Origin: Balanoglossus misakiensis
Lineage: Eukaryota > Animalia > Hemichordata
Length of the DNA: 45,667 nt
Assembly: GCA_040954595.2 (NCBI GenBank)
Contig: JBECUI020000062.1
Coordinates: forward strand, 1 to 45,667
Direction: 5' to 3'
Part shown: positions 1-9,368 of the stretch, piece by piece
How positions within the stretch are numbered: the first letter of the stretch is position 1
How the letters are laid out: every line of letters begins with the position of its first letter
Position numbers and translations under genes: made by a program
The notes under the pieces: generated by a model
Told to the model about the DNA's origin: nothing
Database searches by the model: none
Seen by the model: only the letters and a program-made list of their open reading frames with translations

Positions 1-1555
1 GCCGGGGGCTGCTATCGCCGGAGGCAATGTATTTCTGTACAAGATTGACTTGTTCAATGGGAACATAGAGAAACTCATCATCAGCATACTCAAGATGAAT
101 ATAATCTCGTTCATTTCCCATAACAGTCATTCGGCTTATGCCCCGAAAACACCCGATCCCATGCATAACATGCACAACATAGTCACCAATATTTAGATCT
201 ACATAGCTGGTAATGTTCTCACTACTACTCGTCTGCAAGGATTGTGCCTGTTTTCTGCCGAACAACTCCCGCTCGGCAACAACGAATAAACCCAATGCAG
301 AGAAGTGAAATCCCGAACTGATAATCTCCGGTAAAACTTCTATCTCTTCGTCTTGGAGAATTGCACGAACCCGTCTTGCCTGTAATTCATTTCCTGCACA
401 GACAACAACGTGCTCATTCCCTTCTCTTCCTCGTTTTGCTTCTTCCTGAAATAGATCCATATTGCCGAAAAAGTTCTGTCCCGCCTTGCAATCAAACTCC
501 ATCCCTTCTTTGGAGGAGATTGATGATGTATGCACGCGCAAAGCAAATTTCTTTTCATAATCACTCAGTTTTGCCCTGATAAGTGCTGGTAACTGCTGTC
601 TCTTTGCAGCATCTTCATATTCTCTTTGAAACGCATCTTCAGTACTGCTTAATCCTTCTGCATTAATAAACACAAGGGAACCGTCTTTACCTAAGTAGCG
701 AATAGGATAGGAACCGGGAAAAATAAATGGATAGACAAACTCCTCGCCCCGAACATGTGCTCCACTTTCAATATCTTCATAGGATATGGACGATGAGTAC
801 CCTTTAAATTGATGATAGGCTGTTCGCAAGGCATTAACGGTTTTTTCATCCCAGACTATTTCACAAGCAGGGTAGAAGACTGTCTCCTGATAATGCTGCC
901 CCGATCGTTGTGTTATTGGGTCGAAACTTCGTATTTGTTCCACCCTACTATACTCAAAACTAATGCGAAACGGCTCCTCGTTCCCTGCAAGAAAGACATC
1001 CAGGACCTCCCCACGCAGAGAAAACTCGCCATGCAACTGTACCTTGGGCACTCGGCGATATCCGAAGAGGATCAATTTTTCTGCCAGTGCAATCGGATCT
1101 ATTTCCTCGTTCCGAACAATGGGAAGCTGAAATTTTCTGATATACTCCGGTGGTGGTGTTGAACTGAGGAATGCGCGAAGAGACATTAGCATCAGGGGCG
1201 ATTTAGTACGTACTGCATAGTTTAAGGCGGCAGCCCGCTGACCGAAGGTTGCATCTCCCACCTGTAAGGGCTGATAACTCTGCCACCAAGGCAGTACTTT
1301 GTAGGGGATCTGCCAGCTCTCAAAGTCCTGTGCACATACATTTGCCTCCTGTTCGGTGGGAAAAACGAGCATTACTGGGCGTTTCTGCTGCTGATAAATG
1401 CTAGCCAAAAGGGCATGAAGCATTGAAGTTGCAGTCAACTGTAACTCTGCACCCCCCCGCTGAAAGGCAATACATAGCTTTTCATACCCGGAATACGTCT
1501 GCAATGCCTGCGTAACGGTATTAAACAGTAAGGTTTTTGCTATTTTATCCGACAT
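1..1555 (-). CDS. mfd: Transcription-repair coupling factor Mfd, 5' part (runs off the window start, so absent from the ORF track)
   Basis: Manual minus-strand translation from ATG 1555 stays open to base 1. It contains the UvrB-homology segment GYRRVPKVQLHGEFSLRGEVLDVF...IRSFDPITQRS and the CarD-like RID segment GDYVVHVMHGIGCFRG...LEYADDEFLYVPIEQVNLVQKY. Exact start uncertain. Confidence 0.93.
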   Translation of the reverse strand, partial: MSDKIAKTLLFNTVTQALQTYSGYEKLCIAFQRGGAELQLTATSMLHALLASIYQQQKRPVMLVFPTEQEANVCAQDFESWQIPYKVLPWWQSYQPLQVGDATFGQRAAALNYAVRTKSPLMLMSLRAFLSSTPPPEYIRKFQLPIVRNEEIDPIALAEKLILFGYRRVPKVQLHGEFSLRGEVLDVFLAGNEEPFRISFEYSRVEQIRSFDPITQRSGQHYQETVFYPACEIVWDEKTVNALRTAYHQFKGYSSSISYEDIESGAHVRGEEFVYPFIFPGSYPIRYLGKDGSLVFINAEGLSSTEDAFQREYEDAAKRQQLPALIRAKLSDYEKKFALRVHTSSISSKEGMEFDCKAGQNFFGNMDLFQEEAKRGREGNEHVVVCAGNELQARRVRAILQDEEIEVLPEIISSGFHFSALGLFVVAERELFGRKQAQSLQTSSSENITSYVDLNIGDYVVHVMHGIGCFRGISRMTVMGNERDYIHLEYADDEFLYVPIEQVNLVQKYIASGDSSPR

Positions 1556-1569
1556 TAATAAAAGGAACT

Positions 1570-2517
1570 ATGCTAAGAATACGAAATATCATACTATGTT
1601 GTTTATTCATTATTGGTATCCCGGCTATTGCTCAATCACCTTCCGACCTAACTGTATCAATTAGGTTGTATAATAAGGAAATATATTTTCAAAACAGTGT
1701 TGTCCTTATCAATATTACAATTTCAAACGAAAATGCACAAGCAATACGCTTTAAACTAGCTGAAGATCATCTTTTCAACCTGGATTTCACCGTACGAACA
1801 ATGAGGAATCAGATTTTAAACATGAATGAACGGTTTATAAGCAGACGGAGCAATGAATCGGTTTATTATCGTGATGTTATCCTTACTCCCGGCGAATCTC
1901 TCTCCTTTGTTGAGCAACTGAACGATTACACCGTGCTCGACAGTATCGGAAGTTATGTTGTATACATTGATTTTTACCCAGAATTGTACAAAGCAGATGG
2001 ATTCCAGCAGGGAATACGCTCAAACAGCATTATGTTTTCCCTCCGACCTGGGACAACTGAGGCACAGCAAGTTACTCAGCGAATTGATGTAGCTACCTCA
2101 GAAATATTGCAAAAACAAAATCTTGCTCCCGACCAAATAATTGCCTACACCCTACAAGCAAGACAAACAGAAAATTGGGCACGGTTCTTTCTGTATCTCA
2201 ACTTGGAAAGTCTGTATCGACAAAACCCAGGTAGAGCACGAAGTTATGACCGATCATCGGAAGAAGCCCGCATCACCTTGCTTTCCGACTTCCGAAATGC
2301 AATCCAGACCGGAAGCATTGACGAAGAGATATCTTTTGTTCCAACCCGGTTTGAAATTATGCAGACCTCCTATACCCCAACTGAGGGAACAGTTACTGTT
2401 CATCAATACTATTTCTTCGGCACCTTTGAAGAGATAAAACGTTATGTATACTTCTTCAAGAACACGGGCTATTGGGAAATCCATAACTACGATGTATTTA
2501 ATGTTGGGACGCAATAA
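1570..2517 (+). CDS. Exported hypothetical protein (signal peptide)
   Basis: Long ORF; AAGGA 5' of ATG 1570; N-terminus MLRIRNIILCCLFIIGIPAIA resembles a Sec signal peptide; no family recognised. Confidence 0.8.
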   Translation: MLRIRNIILCCLFIIGIPAIAQSPSDLTVSIRLYNKEIYFQNSVVLINITISNENAQAIRFKLAEDHLFNLDFTVRTMRNQILNMNERFISRRSNESVYYRDVILTPGESLSFVEQLNDYTVLDSIGSYVVYIDFYPELYKADGFQQGIRSNSIMFSLRPGTTEAQQVTQRIDVATSEILQKQNLAPDQIIAYTLQARQTENWARFFLYLNLESLYRQNPGRARSYDRSSEEARITLLSDFRNAIQTGSIDEEISFVPTRFEIMQTSYTPTEGTVTVHQYYFFGTFEEIKRYVYFFKNTGYWEIHNYDVFNVGTQ

Positions 2518-2532
2518 ATATGCATACAATAC

Positions 2533-2561
2533 TTGCATATTTCCTTCTTCTATTATAGAAT
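2533..2561 (+). promoter_or_regulatory. sigma70-type promoter for tRNA-Asn
   Basis: TTGCAT-17 nt-TAGAAT, ending 10 nt before the tRNA. Confidence 0.6.
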
Positions 2562-2571
2562 AACTACGTAT

Positions 2572-2644
2572 TCCCCTGTAGCTCAGCTGGTAGAGCGGGT
2601 GGCTGTTAACCACTAGGTCGTTGGTTCGAGTCCAGCCGGGGGAG
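2572..2644 (+). tRNA. tRNA-Asn (GTT)
   Basis: Acceptor TCCCCTG/CGGGGGA, D-arm GCTC...GAGC, anticodon loop CTGTTAA, T-loop GTTCGAG; CCA not encoded. Confidence 0.97.
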
Positions 2645-2913
2645 TTTATCTGTACCATCAATGAAGTCAAGTACGGAATTGAAGGGAACGGGTGTCTAGG
2701 AATTTTATGGTCTTTGATAACCTTAAAGTACGAAACGTTCTTGTCGAAATATAGACAAAACTGCAACCCAAAAATTCTGTTACTCACAACCTTATAGCAA
2801 AAAATATCTACCTTTGAAATAAGCAAAGCCCCGACAGAGATAATGTATGAGAATATTATTGACAATGTTCTTTATATTTGCCAATAATTCACTTGTAGTT
2901 ATGAAAAAGATCT

Positions 2914-3522
2914 ATGAATAAGGAAACATTTAATCTACTCCTATCCGAAGGTGAAGGATTTCACCTTGAATATAAAACGGGCAATTCTCCTGACCTTTCT
3001 TCTGAAATTGTAGCATTTGCTAACAGTCGCGGGGGGAAGATACTTATTGGAGTTACCGACACTGGTAAGGTCAAAGCTGTTAGCAACAAGAACAAGGTCA
3101 AGTCCCAAATAGTGGATGTAGCCCGGAAATGTGAACCATCAATTCCTGTCATGCTATCGGAATACAAGGATGTCATTATCGTTACTATTCACGAGGGAAA
3201 AAATAAACCCTATAAATGTAAGAATGGATTCTATACAAGGATTGGACCCTCGTCCCAGAAATTGAACCGCAATGAAATTATCTCATTTATTCAAAATGAA
3301 GCACATATTCGCTGGGAAATACTACCCTATACTGACTTTTCATCTGAAGAGGTGTTTGATAAACATCTGCTCAAAGAGTACATGAAGCAGACAGGATTGT
3401 CCCCTACCTTGTCGGATGAACTGAGTACAATGATTGAGGTATTTGATGACCGGGTGGAAATTTCCAATCCGGGGGGATTGCCTGCTTCTTTGAGTCCAAG
3501 GAACGTCATTTCTAAAAAATAG
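2914..3522 (+). pseudogene. Schlafen/AlbA_2-domain regulator (AlbA_2 + RecG-C-like/HATPase_c_4 + wHTH family), 5' fragment with internal deletion
   Basis: AlbA_2 motifs EGEGFHLEYK, EIVAFANSRGGKILIGVTDTG, KPY...FYTRIG. The sequence then jumps straight to IEVFDDRVEISNPGGLP, lacking the usual central ...REAIxNAxxHRDY region, and stops before the RNP motif. Confidence 0.8.
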
Positions 3523-3544
3523 GTCGGCGAGTTTTTCTATCTCA

Positions 3545-3787
3545 TCATTCATAATGCAGATCACTTTCTGATAACTCTTGAAAGTCATCGTTCGTCTCAT
3601 GTGCGAGCCGCGGTCCGATGACAACAGCACCGTTCAAAATTTCTTTGTCGAGAAACTTTTTTGTTTCAGCAACATGAGCTCGGTATGCTTCCCAAGTCGG
3701 GAATTCCCAATAGGGCTGCACTTCTACGGCATCAGTGGGGAATATTTCCCCGTCGCCGTATCTGTAGTAACTAGCGATTTTTCCCAT
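3545..3787 (-). CDS. Orphan small acidic protein (~80 aa) inserted antisense within the AlbA_2 gene
   Basis: Strong RBS GGAGGAG just upstream of ATG 3787; candidate promoter TTGACA-18-TACGAT upstream; no family recognised. Confidence 0.65.
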   Translation of the reverse strand: MGKIASYYRYGDGEIFPTDAVEVQPYWEFPTWEAYRAHVAETKKFLDKEILNGAVVIGPRLAHETNDDFQELSESDLHYE

Positions 3788-3807
3788 TTTCACTCCTCCA
3801 TAATTTT

Positions 3808-3853
3808 ATCGTAAACCATTGCGCTTGACAGTGTCAAGCCTATTTGATAAAAT
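3808..3853. promoter_or_regulatory. Back-to-back sigma70 promoters sharing a palindromic -35 core
   Basis: Perfect palindrome GCTTGACA-G-TGTCAAGC (3823-3839). Plus strand: TTGACA-17-TAAAAT with extended TG. Minus strand: TTGACA-18-TACGAT. Confidence 0.65.
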
Positions 3854-3960
3854 TTATTAATCTTGCCTTAATATCTTACCACATATTACAGTAAGATGTA
3901 ATCAAAATAAGAAAAATATATATACAAAGTTCTTACAAAGGTAAGAAAGAACAATTAAAG

Positions 3961-4407
3961 AGCCATCCTCGCAACCCACTTATAGCCGAAATGATGTTAC
4001 GCCTTAAATACATTGAGAAGATGGGAACCGGCATAGAGAAAATGCGAGAGCTATGTAAGGACTCCGGCATCCCTGAGCCTGAGTTTAGTTTTAGCAGTTT
4101 TTTTACAGTTGTTTTCAGAAAGAAGTCCATTAAAAGCAAGGCTGGTGGTGATAAGAGTTTTCCAATGTCCGCACCGACGAAGTTGATTAATATGGTCGGA
4201 GAAAAGGTCGGAGAAAAGCTATCTAAAAACCAACATAAGATCTTAGAAATACTGGAAAAAGCTCCACGTACAAGCGCTATTCAGTTGTCGGAGGAAATCG
4301 GAATCTCCTCCCGGAAGATCGAGGCGAATATCAAGAAGTTACGGGAACAAGGCTTGGTAAAGCGGGTTGGACCGGACAAAGGCGGACATTGGGAAGTGCT
4401 GGAATAA
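3961..4407 (+). pseudogene. 3' fragment of the AlbA_2 regulator (end of HATPase_c_4 plus C-terminal winged HTH); may be expressed from ATG 3991
   Basis: In-frame SHPRNPLIAEMMLRLKYIEKMGTGIEKM continues the motif broken at ~3520; VGEKVGEK linker; wHTH ending LVKRVGPDKGGHWEV. Confidence 0.8.
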
Positions 4408-4624
4408 GCCGAAGATCAATCAACCCACCTGATAGATATGCTAACTCAACCCAATCAGCAGACAGTTCTACATAGACGCATATTTTCAGCCAGAACATTG
4501 AAACAATCACCAGTCTGTTCTAAAATAAATAGCATAGTGTTTTCTTCAAAAAGCCAATTCTATGCTCACGGTAGACAGTACCGAACGTAGTTTTGGAAGG
4601 GAAACAGAAAAGGAGTGGCAAAAT

Positions 4625-6748
4625 ATGTTTAGTTGGAGACCCATTTACAGAGAAATAGCAGAAAAACTTCTTGAATATGAGAAGCAACAGACTGACTTAA
4701 TTGACATTATTCGTAAATTGAAATTACATAATAAGAACCTGCCTGTTATTAACCTTCTTGATAAGGATGATGATAAAGATATCGATCTGACAGAAATTGA
4801 CCCATTTACTTTTTTTTCCAATTTTAACAGGAGGATTGTAGACGAAAAGAAAAAGAAAATAATTCAATATTTGAAAGATGAATGGGGATTATCTGCTGAT
4901 CTGCCTGATGATTTTAACGGGATACCAACCGTTGATAACCAACGGTCATGGTTCTTTGAATACAAAAATAGAAAAGGAGAAAAGGGTAGAACAGCGAGCG
5001 ATATACCAAGACTATGGGAGTTATTTAAAGAATCGCTTCAAGGAGAGATAACTGAAGAGTCATTTAAGAATGCATTAGACATTAGGATGATAGGGCCCAA
5101 GAAGCTAACAATAGGATTATTTTGGATACGTCCCGATAAATACCTAAGTATGGATAAAGCAAATGGTGCATTTCTAAAAAAAAAATGGAATTGAAATAGC
5201 TTCTGTTACCGACGATAAATCGGTCGATAAATATAAATCGTATGTTGAAATTCTAAAACAAACCAAGAAATATATAGGAAAAGAGTTTTTTGAAATAAGT
5301 TATGATGCGTGGAATGATAGTCAAAATAAAGAAAGTGATTCTGATGAGAAAGAAGCAACCGAATCTAAAGACAGGGTATATAATTCCGCTCAAACCTACG
5401 GACAGAAAGCAACTGACCAAGAACTACTGGAAAAACTGTCCTTAAATCTTATCTTGTACGGACCGCCAGGCACAGGGAAAACATATAAAATTGAAAAGGA
5501 GTATATCCCATTGTTTACCGATAAAAAACATGTAAAATCTAAATCCGAATATCTGACCGAGGCAGTTAAAAAACTTAAATGGCACCAGTCAATGGTTCTC
5601 GCAATGATGGACCACAATGAGATAAGTTTGTCGGAGATTGCGACTAGTGAGCCGGTGAAAATAAAAACAGAGATGTCTGAAAATCAATGGGTAAAAGCTA
5701 CGATTCGGGGTATTTTAGGTCGTCATACAAAACTGGATTGCCCCAATGTCAATGTACAGTCCTCTGACAGGCAGGAGCCGTATGTTTTTGAGAAGAATCA
5801 AGACTCTACTTGGAAAGTAGACAAAGAAATTGTTAAAGAGGAACTACCGGAAGTCTATGAACTATGGCAAGAACTAAAAAATTTTCAACCAGTTGAAGAA
5901 GAAGAACGCCGATATGATTTCATTACGTTTCATCAGTCTTTTTCTTACGAGGACTTTATTGAAGGGATAAAACCAAAGATTAATAAAACAGATGACAAGG
6001 ATGTTCCGGAAAGCGAAATTATGTATGTCATTGAACCTGGGATATTTCAGCGCATAGCAAAAAGGGCACGAAATAATCCTGAAAAGCAATATGCCCTTTT
6101 CATTGACGAGATAAACAGAGGAAATGTGGCTAGTATCTTTGGCGAGCTAATTACTCTTATCGAAAAGATAAACGTGGTACATTATCAGTTAAACTTCCCT
6201 ATTCAAAGAAAGAATTCACTGTCCCAAAGAATCTCTACATTATCGGAACAATGAATACAGCCGATAGAAGCATTGAAGCACTTGATGCAGCCCTACGCAG
6301 ACGATTTTCTTTTGAAGAACTAATTCCCCAACCAGAATTATTAAGCCGCCCGAATGAAATAAAAATCCAGGATATCGATTTAGAAAAAATGTTGGAAGCA
6401 ATCAACAAGCGCATCAATGATCTTTTAGACAAAGACCACTTGATTGGACATGCATATTTTATGAAGATAGAAAATAAATCTTCCCCTCTAAAAGAAATTA
6501 AAGAGATATTTATCAATAGTTTGATCCCATTACTGGAAGAGTACTTTTATGGAGATAGTGCAAAAATAAAAATGGTGCTGGGTCCTGCGTTTGTTAAGGA
6601 AGAAGAGATAGGAAATACGGACTTTTTTCCCATAAAGAATGCTGGCAATGAGTTTACGTATGGAAAACACTATAACTACAAAATGACAATACCAGATACC
6701 CTGGAAGGGTTCAGGTCTATATATGAAAAAAGTAATACAGATATTTGA
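4625..6748 (+). CDS. mcrB: McrB-family GTPase (type IV restriction), two apparent frameshifts
   Basis: RBS AAGGAG before ATG 4625; Walker A LILYGPPGTGKT, FHQSFSYEDFIEG, Walker B FIDEINRGN, GTMNTADRS, ALRRRF. Changing A10 to A9 at 5176-5185 and A4 to A5 at 6163-6166 gives one continuous ORF. Confidence 0.9.
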
Positions 6749-7976
6749 GTATGATACGCTAAAAATCAATAACACTTATAACAGCGTAGAATTTTTGCCA
6801 CTGCATTTCAATAGTCTTGTTCGGTGGAACGAAGCACAAGGAGAAAGATTTATTTCTTGTGGTCATAATTCACTTTCTTTTAAAAACTATGTTGGCGCCA
6901 TCCACGTTAAGGGCATTATTATTGAAATCCTTCCAAAGGCAGATAAAATAGGTATTTCCGAGAAAGCACTATGGAAAGATGCCTTGCTGTACATGTTGTC
7001 TGTCGTCAATGATCTAAACATATATCATTCTACACCTGCTTTCCTGAGAACTCGAACTTCCTCTTTGATGGACTTCTTTGTAAGCTTTTTTATTAAGGAG
7101 ACGTACAAGATCATTCATAAAGGTTTGGTCAAGAAATATCGGCAGGTTGATAGGAACAGTACTTTTGTTAAAGGGAAAATACTTTTCAAAGAAGATATAA
7201 AAAGAAATCTGCTCAATAAAGAAAAGTGCTTTATAAGAATGACGACGTATGATTATCAGAATATTCATAATGCAATTCTAAAGACTGCAATTCACATCCT
7301 CCGGTCTACATATTTTTTAGAAAAGGCTACCAATGAAGAACTAAACAGCCTTGATATTTATTTAGAACATATAAAACCAATCCCTCCCAAAAGTATTTTA
7401 TGGGAACGCATATCATACGATCGTAACAATAAGCATTACAAAAAAGCCTTGCCAATAGCCAGGTTGATAATTGAGAACTGTAATCCCGATATTCAAGCAG
7501 GAAAGAACGATATTCTTGCCTTTCTATTTGATATGAACAAACTTTTCGAGAAGTTTATTGCAAAACAATGCGTACGTGCCTTAAAAGAGACAGCGAATAT
7601 ACAGGTTAATATTCAGAACATTAAACGTTTTTGGAGAAGGCAAACTATCCGCCCTGATTTAGTATTTCAATCCAATCAAGGCAACATAGTTGCAGACACA
7701 AAATGGAAGTTGATAGAATCAAAACCAAGTAGCGAAGACTTAAAACAAATGTACGTGTATAACATTTATTGGCAATCTCGCACGTCATTGCTTATATATC
7801 CATCGCAGGGCGGGGAAGACAACAATAACATGAATGGGGACTTCGAACAAACAGAAGCATTAAAAACTTTTAACCACGGTATAAGAATACTGCCGGTACA
7901 TCTTTTCAAGGAAAATAAAATAAATACCGATATCGGCAAGCATACTATTGAGGAAATTAAAACCCTTGTCGAATAG
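6723..7976 (+). CDS. mcrC: McrC-family PD-(D/E)xK nuclease subunit
   Basis: Overlaps the mcrB end; NYVG...IEILPK, LFDMNKLFEKFI, IRPDLV...IVADTKWK, DLKQMYVY motifs. Confidence 0.92.
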   Translation: MKKVIQIFEYDTLKINNTYNSVEFLPLHFNSLVRWNEAQGERFISCGHNSLSFKNYVGAIHVKGIIIEILPKADKIGISEKALWKDALLYMLSVVNDLNIYHSTPAFLRTRTSSLMDFFVSFFIKETYKIIHKGLVKKYRQVDRNSTFVKGKILFKEDIKRNLLNKEKCFIRMTTYDYQNIHNAILKTAIHILRSTYFLEKATNEELNSLDIYLEHIKPIPPKSILWERISYDRNNKHYKKALPIARLIIENCNPDIQAGKNDILAFLFDMNKLFEKFIAKQCVRALKETANIQVNIQNIKRFWRRQTIRPDLVFQSNQGNIVADTKWKLIESKPSSEDLKQMYVYNIYWQSRTSLLIYPSQGGEDNNNMNGDFEQTEALKTFNHGIRILPVHLFKENKINTDIGKHTIEEIKTLVE

Positions 7977-7997
7977 ATACGTAACAAAAATTCCGAA

Positions 7998-9368
7998 CTA
8001 CTGCAAATAACCGAGAAACTCTGCTTGAGTACTGCAAAAGACTTCTATCATTTCTTTTAAGTTTTTCGATGTCGTAACAACAGGATCAACGAGCATGGCT
8101 TGATATACAAGCTGTTTTGATTTCCGTATTAGGGCTTCGGCTGTCATATCATGGACTGAAACTTGATTGCGCAGCAGACCAGCATAAGCCTTCGGTAATG
8201 TTGGCATCTTTATTCCTTCTATACTGTTTTTGCTTATAACTGCCGGCACTTCAACCACCATCCATGATGGCAATTCTTCGATATAGTGCTTATTCGGAAT
8301 ATTTACTGCTTCTTCAACAAAACTTTCCCCACCGAGCAATGCCTCAATAATAGCAATTACCCGTTCATGTCTCTCTAATTTAATTGATGGATGGTCCTGC
8401 CTGTGAGAAAGAACCATGCGATAGTACGTATAGAAATCCATGATGCCCCTATGATCTACCTCGTCGTATGCCCACTGAATATATTCGCCAAAATGGCTAT
8501 CCGATGTAATCGGGAGCAATGCAAATTCTTTCAGTATAAACATAAACAAGCGACGTTCAACGTACTCTCTAAATGATACCGCAATATCTTCTTCCAGTTC
8601 ATGCCAGCCTTCTGTTTGGGTAATATGGCCGGTTTTCAAATAATGCGCTAAAAAATCCGAGCAGCCGGGAATTTTTTTATAGTATTCGCTCGCCTTTTCT
8701 CTAATAGTTGGGTACAAATCGCTTCCGGTTTGTTTGTCTCTGACAGACAGGAGACAACTAAAATGATTCAATCCGCCAGCCTGTATATCTAAATCCTTGT
8801 ACTCCTTGCCCAGTAATGGTGGAAGATGTTTCTCCAGCGAAGCTATCTCATGGCATAAACCAATAAACTTAAGCTCCGGAAAAACTCGGTGTACAGTAGT
8901 ACAAATTCTACTCATCGGGTTTGAATAATTAAAGACCCACGCATCCGGTGCAATTGCTTGTATATCAGCACAGATGTCTAAAATTGGCGGCAGAATCCGT
9001 AACGAATGAAACAATCCGCCTGGTCCCCCATTTTCGCCGTATACCTGTTGTATGCCGTACTGTTGGGGAACGGTTCTATCCTGGTCCCACAACTGAAACC
9101 TATCACCCACCTCTATTGAAGAAATGACAAAATCCGCACCCTGTAATGCTTCTTTTCGATCAGTTGTGGCTTCCACCTTAAAATCTTTAGATAAATTATT
9201 CTCTTGTAGAAATTCCTCAACCGCCCGATGCACAATCTTTAATGCCGATGGATTAATATCGTGTAATACAACCTCAGATCCCTTTAAGACATCCGTATTA
9301 AAAATATCCCCTACAGTATCGCATCCAAACTGTAAACTTCCTGCGCCAATTAGTACGATTTTAGACAT
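7998..9368 (-). CDS. Glycoside hydrolase family 4 (NAD+/Mn-dependent alpha-galactosidase/glucosidase, MelA-like)
   Basis: KIVLIGAGS Rossmann motif, GENGGPGGLFHSLR, FNYSNPM, GLCHE, GGLNHF. Confidence 0.9.
   Translation of the reverse strand: MSKIVLIGAGSLQFGCDTVGDIFNTDVLKGSEVVLHDINPSALKIVHRAVEEFLQENNLSKDFKVEATTDRKEALQGADFVISSIEVGDRFQLWDQDRTVPQQYGIQQVYGENGGPGGLFHSLRILPPILDICADIQAIAPDAWVFNYSNPMSRICTTVHRVFPELKFIGLCHEIASLEKHLPPLLGKEYKDLDIQAGGLNHFSCLLSVRDKQTGSDLYPTIREKASEYYKKIPGCSDFLAHYLKTGHITQTEGWHELEEDIAVSFREYVERRLFMFILKEFALLPITSDSHFGEYIQWAYDEVDHRGIMDFYTYYRMVLSHRQDHPSIKLERHERVIAIIEALLGGESFVEEAVNIPNKHYIEELPSWMVVEVPAVISKNSIEGIKMPTLPKAYAGLLRNQVSVHDMTAEALIRKSKQLVYQAMLVDPVVTTSKNLKEMIEVFCSTQAEFLGYLQ

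Noticed and set aside
340-1162. Short ORFs 340-564, 361-579 and 809-1162
   Set aside because: Shadow frames of mfd, which the ORF track missed because it lacks a stop within the window.
4195-4218. 12-bp tandem repeat GGTCGGAGAAAA x2
   Set aside because: Encodes the VGEKVGEK linker typical of this wHTH family; not a separate element.
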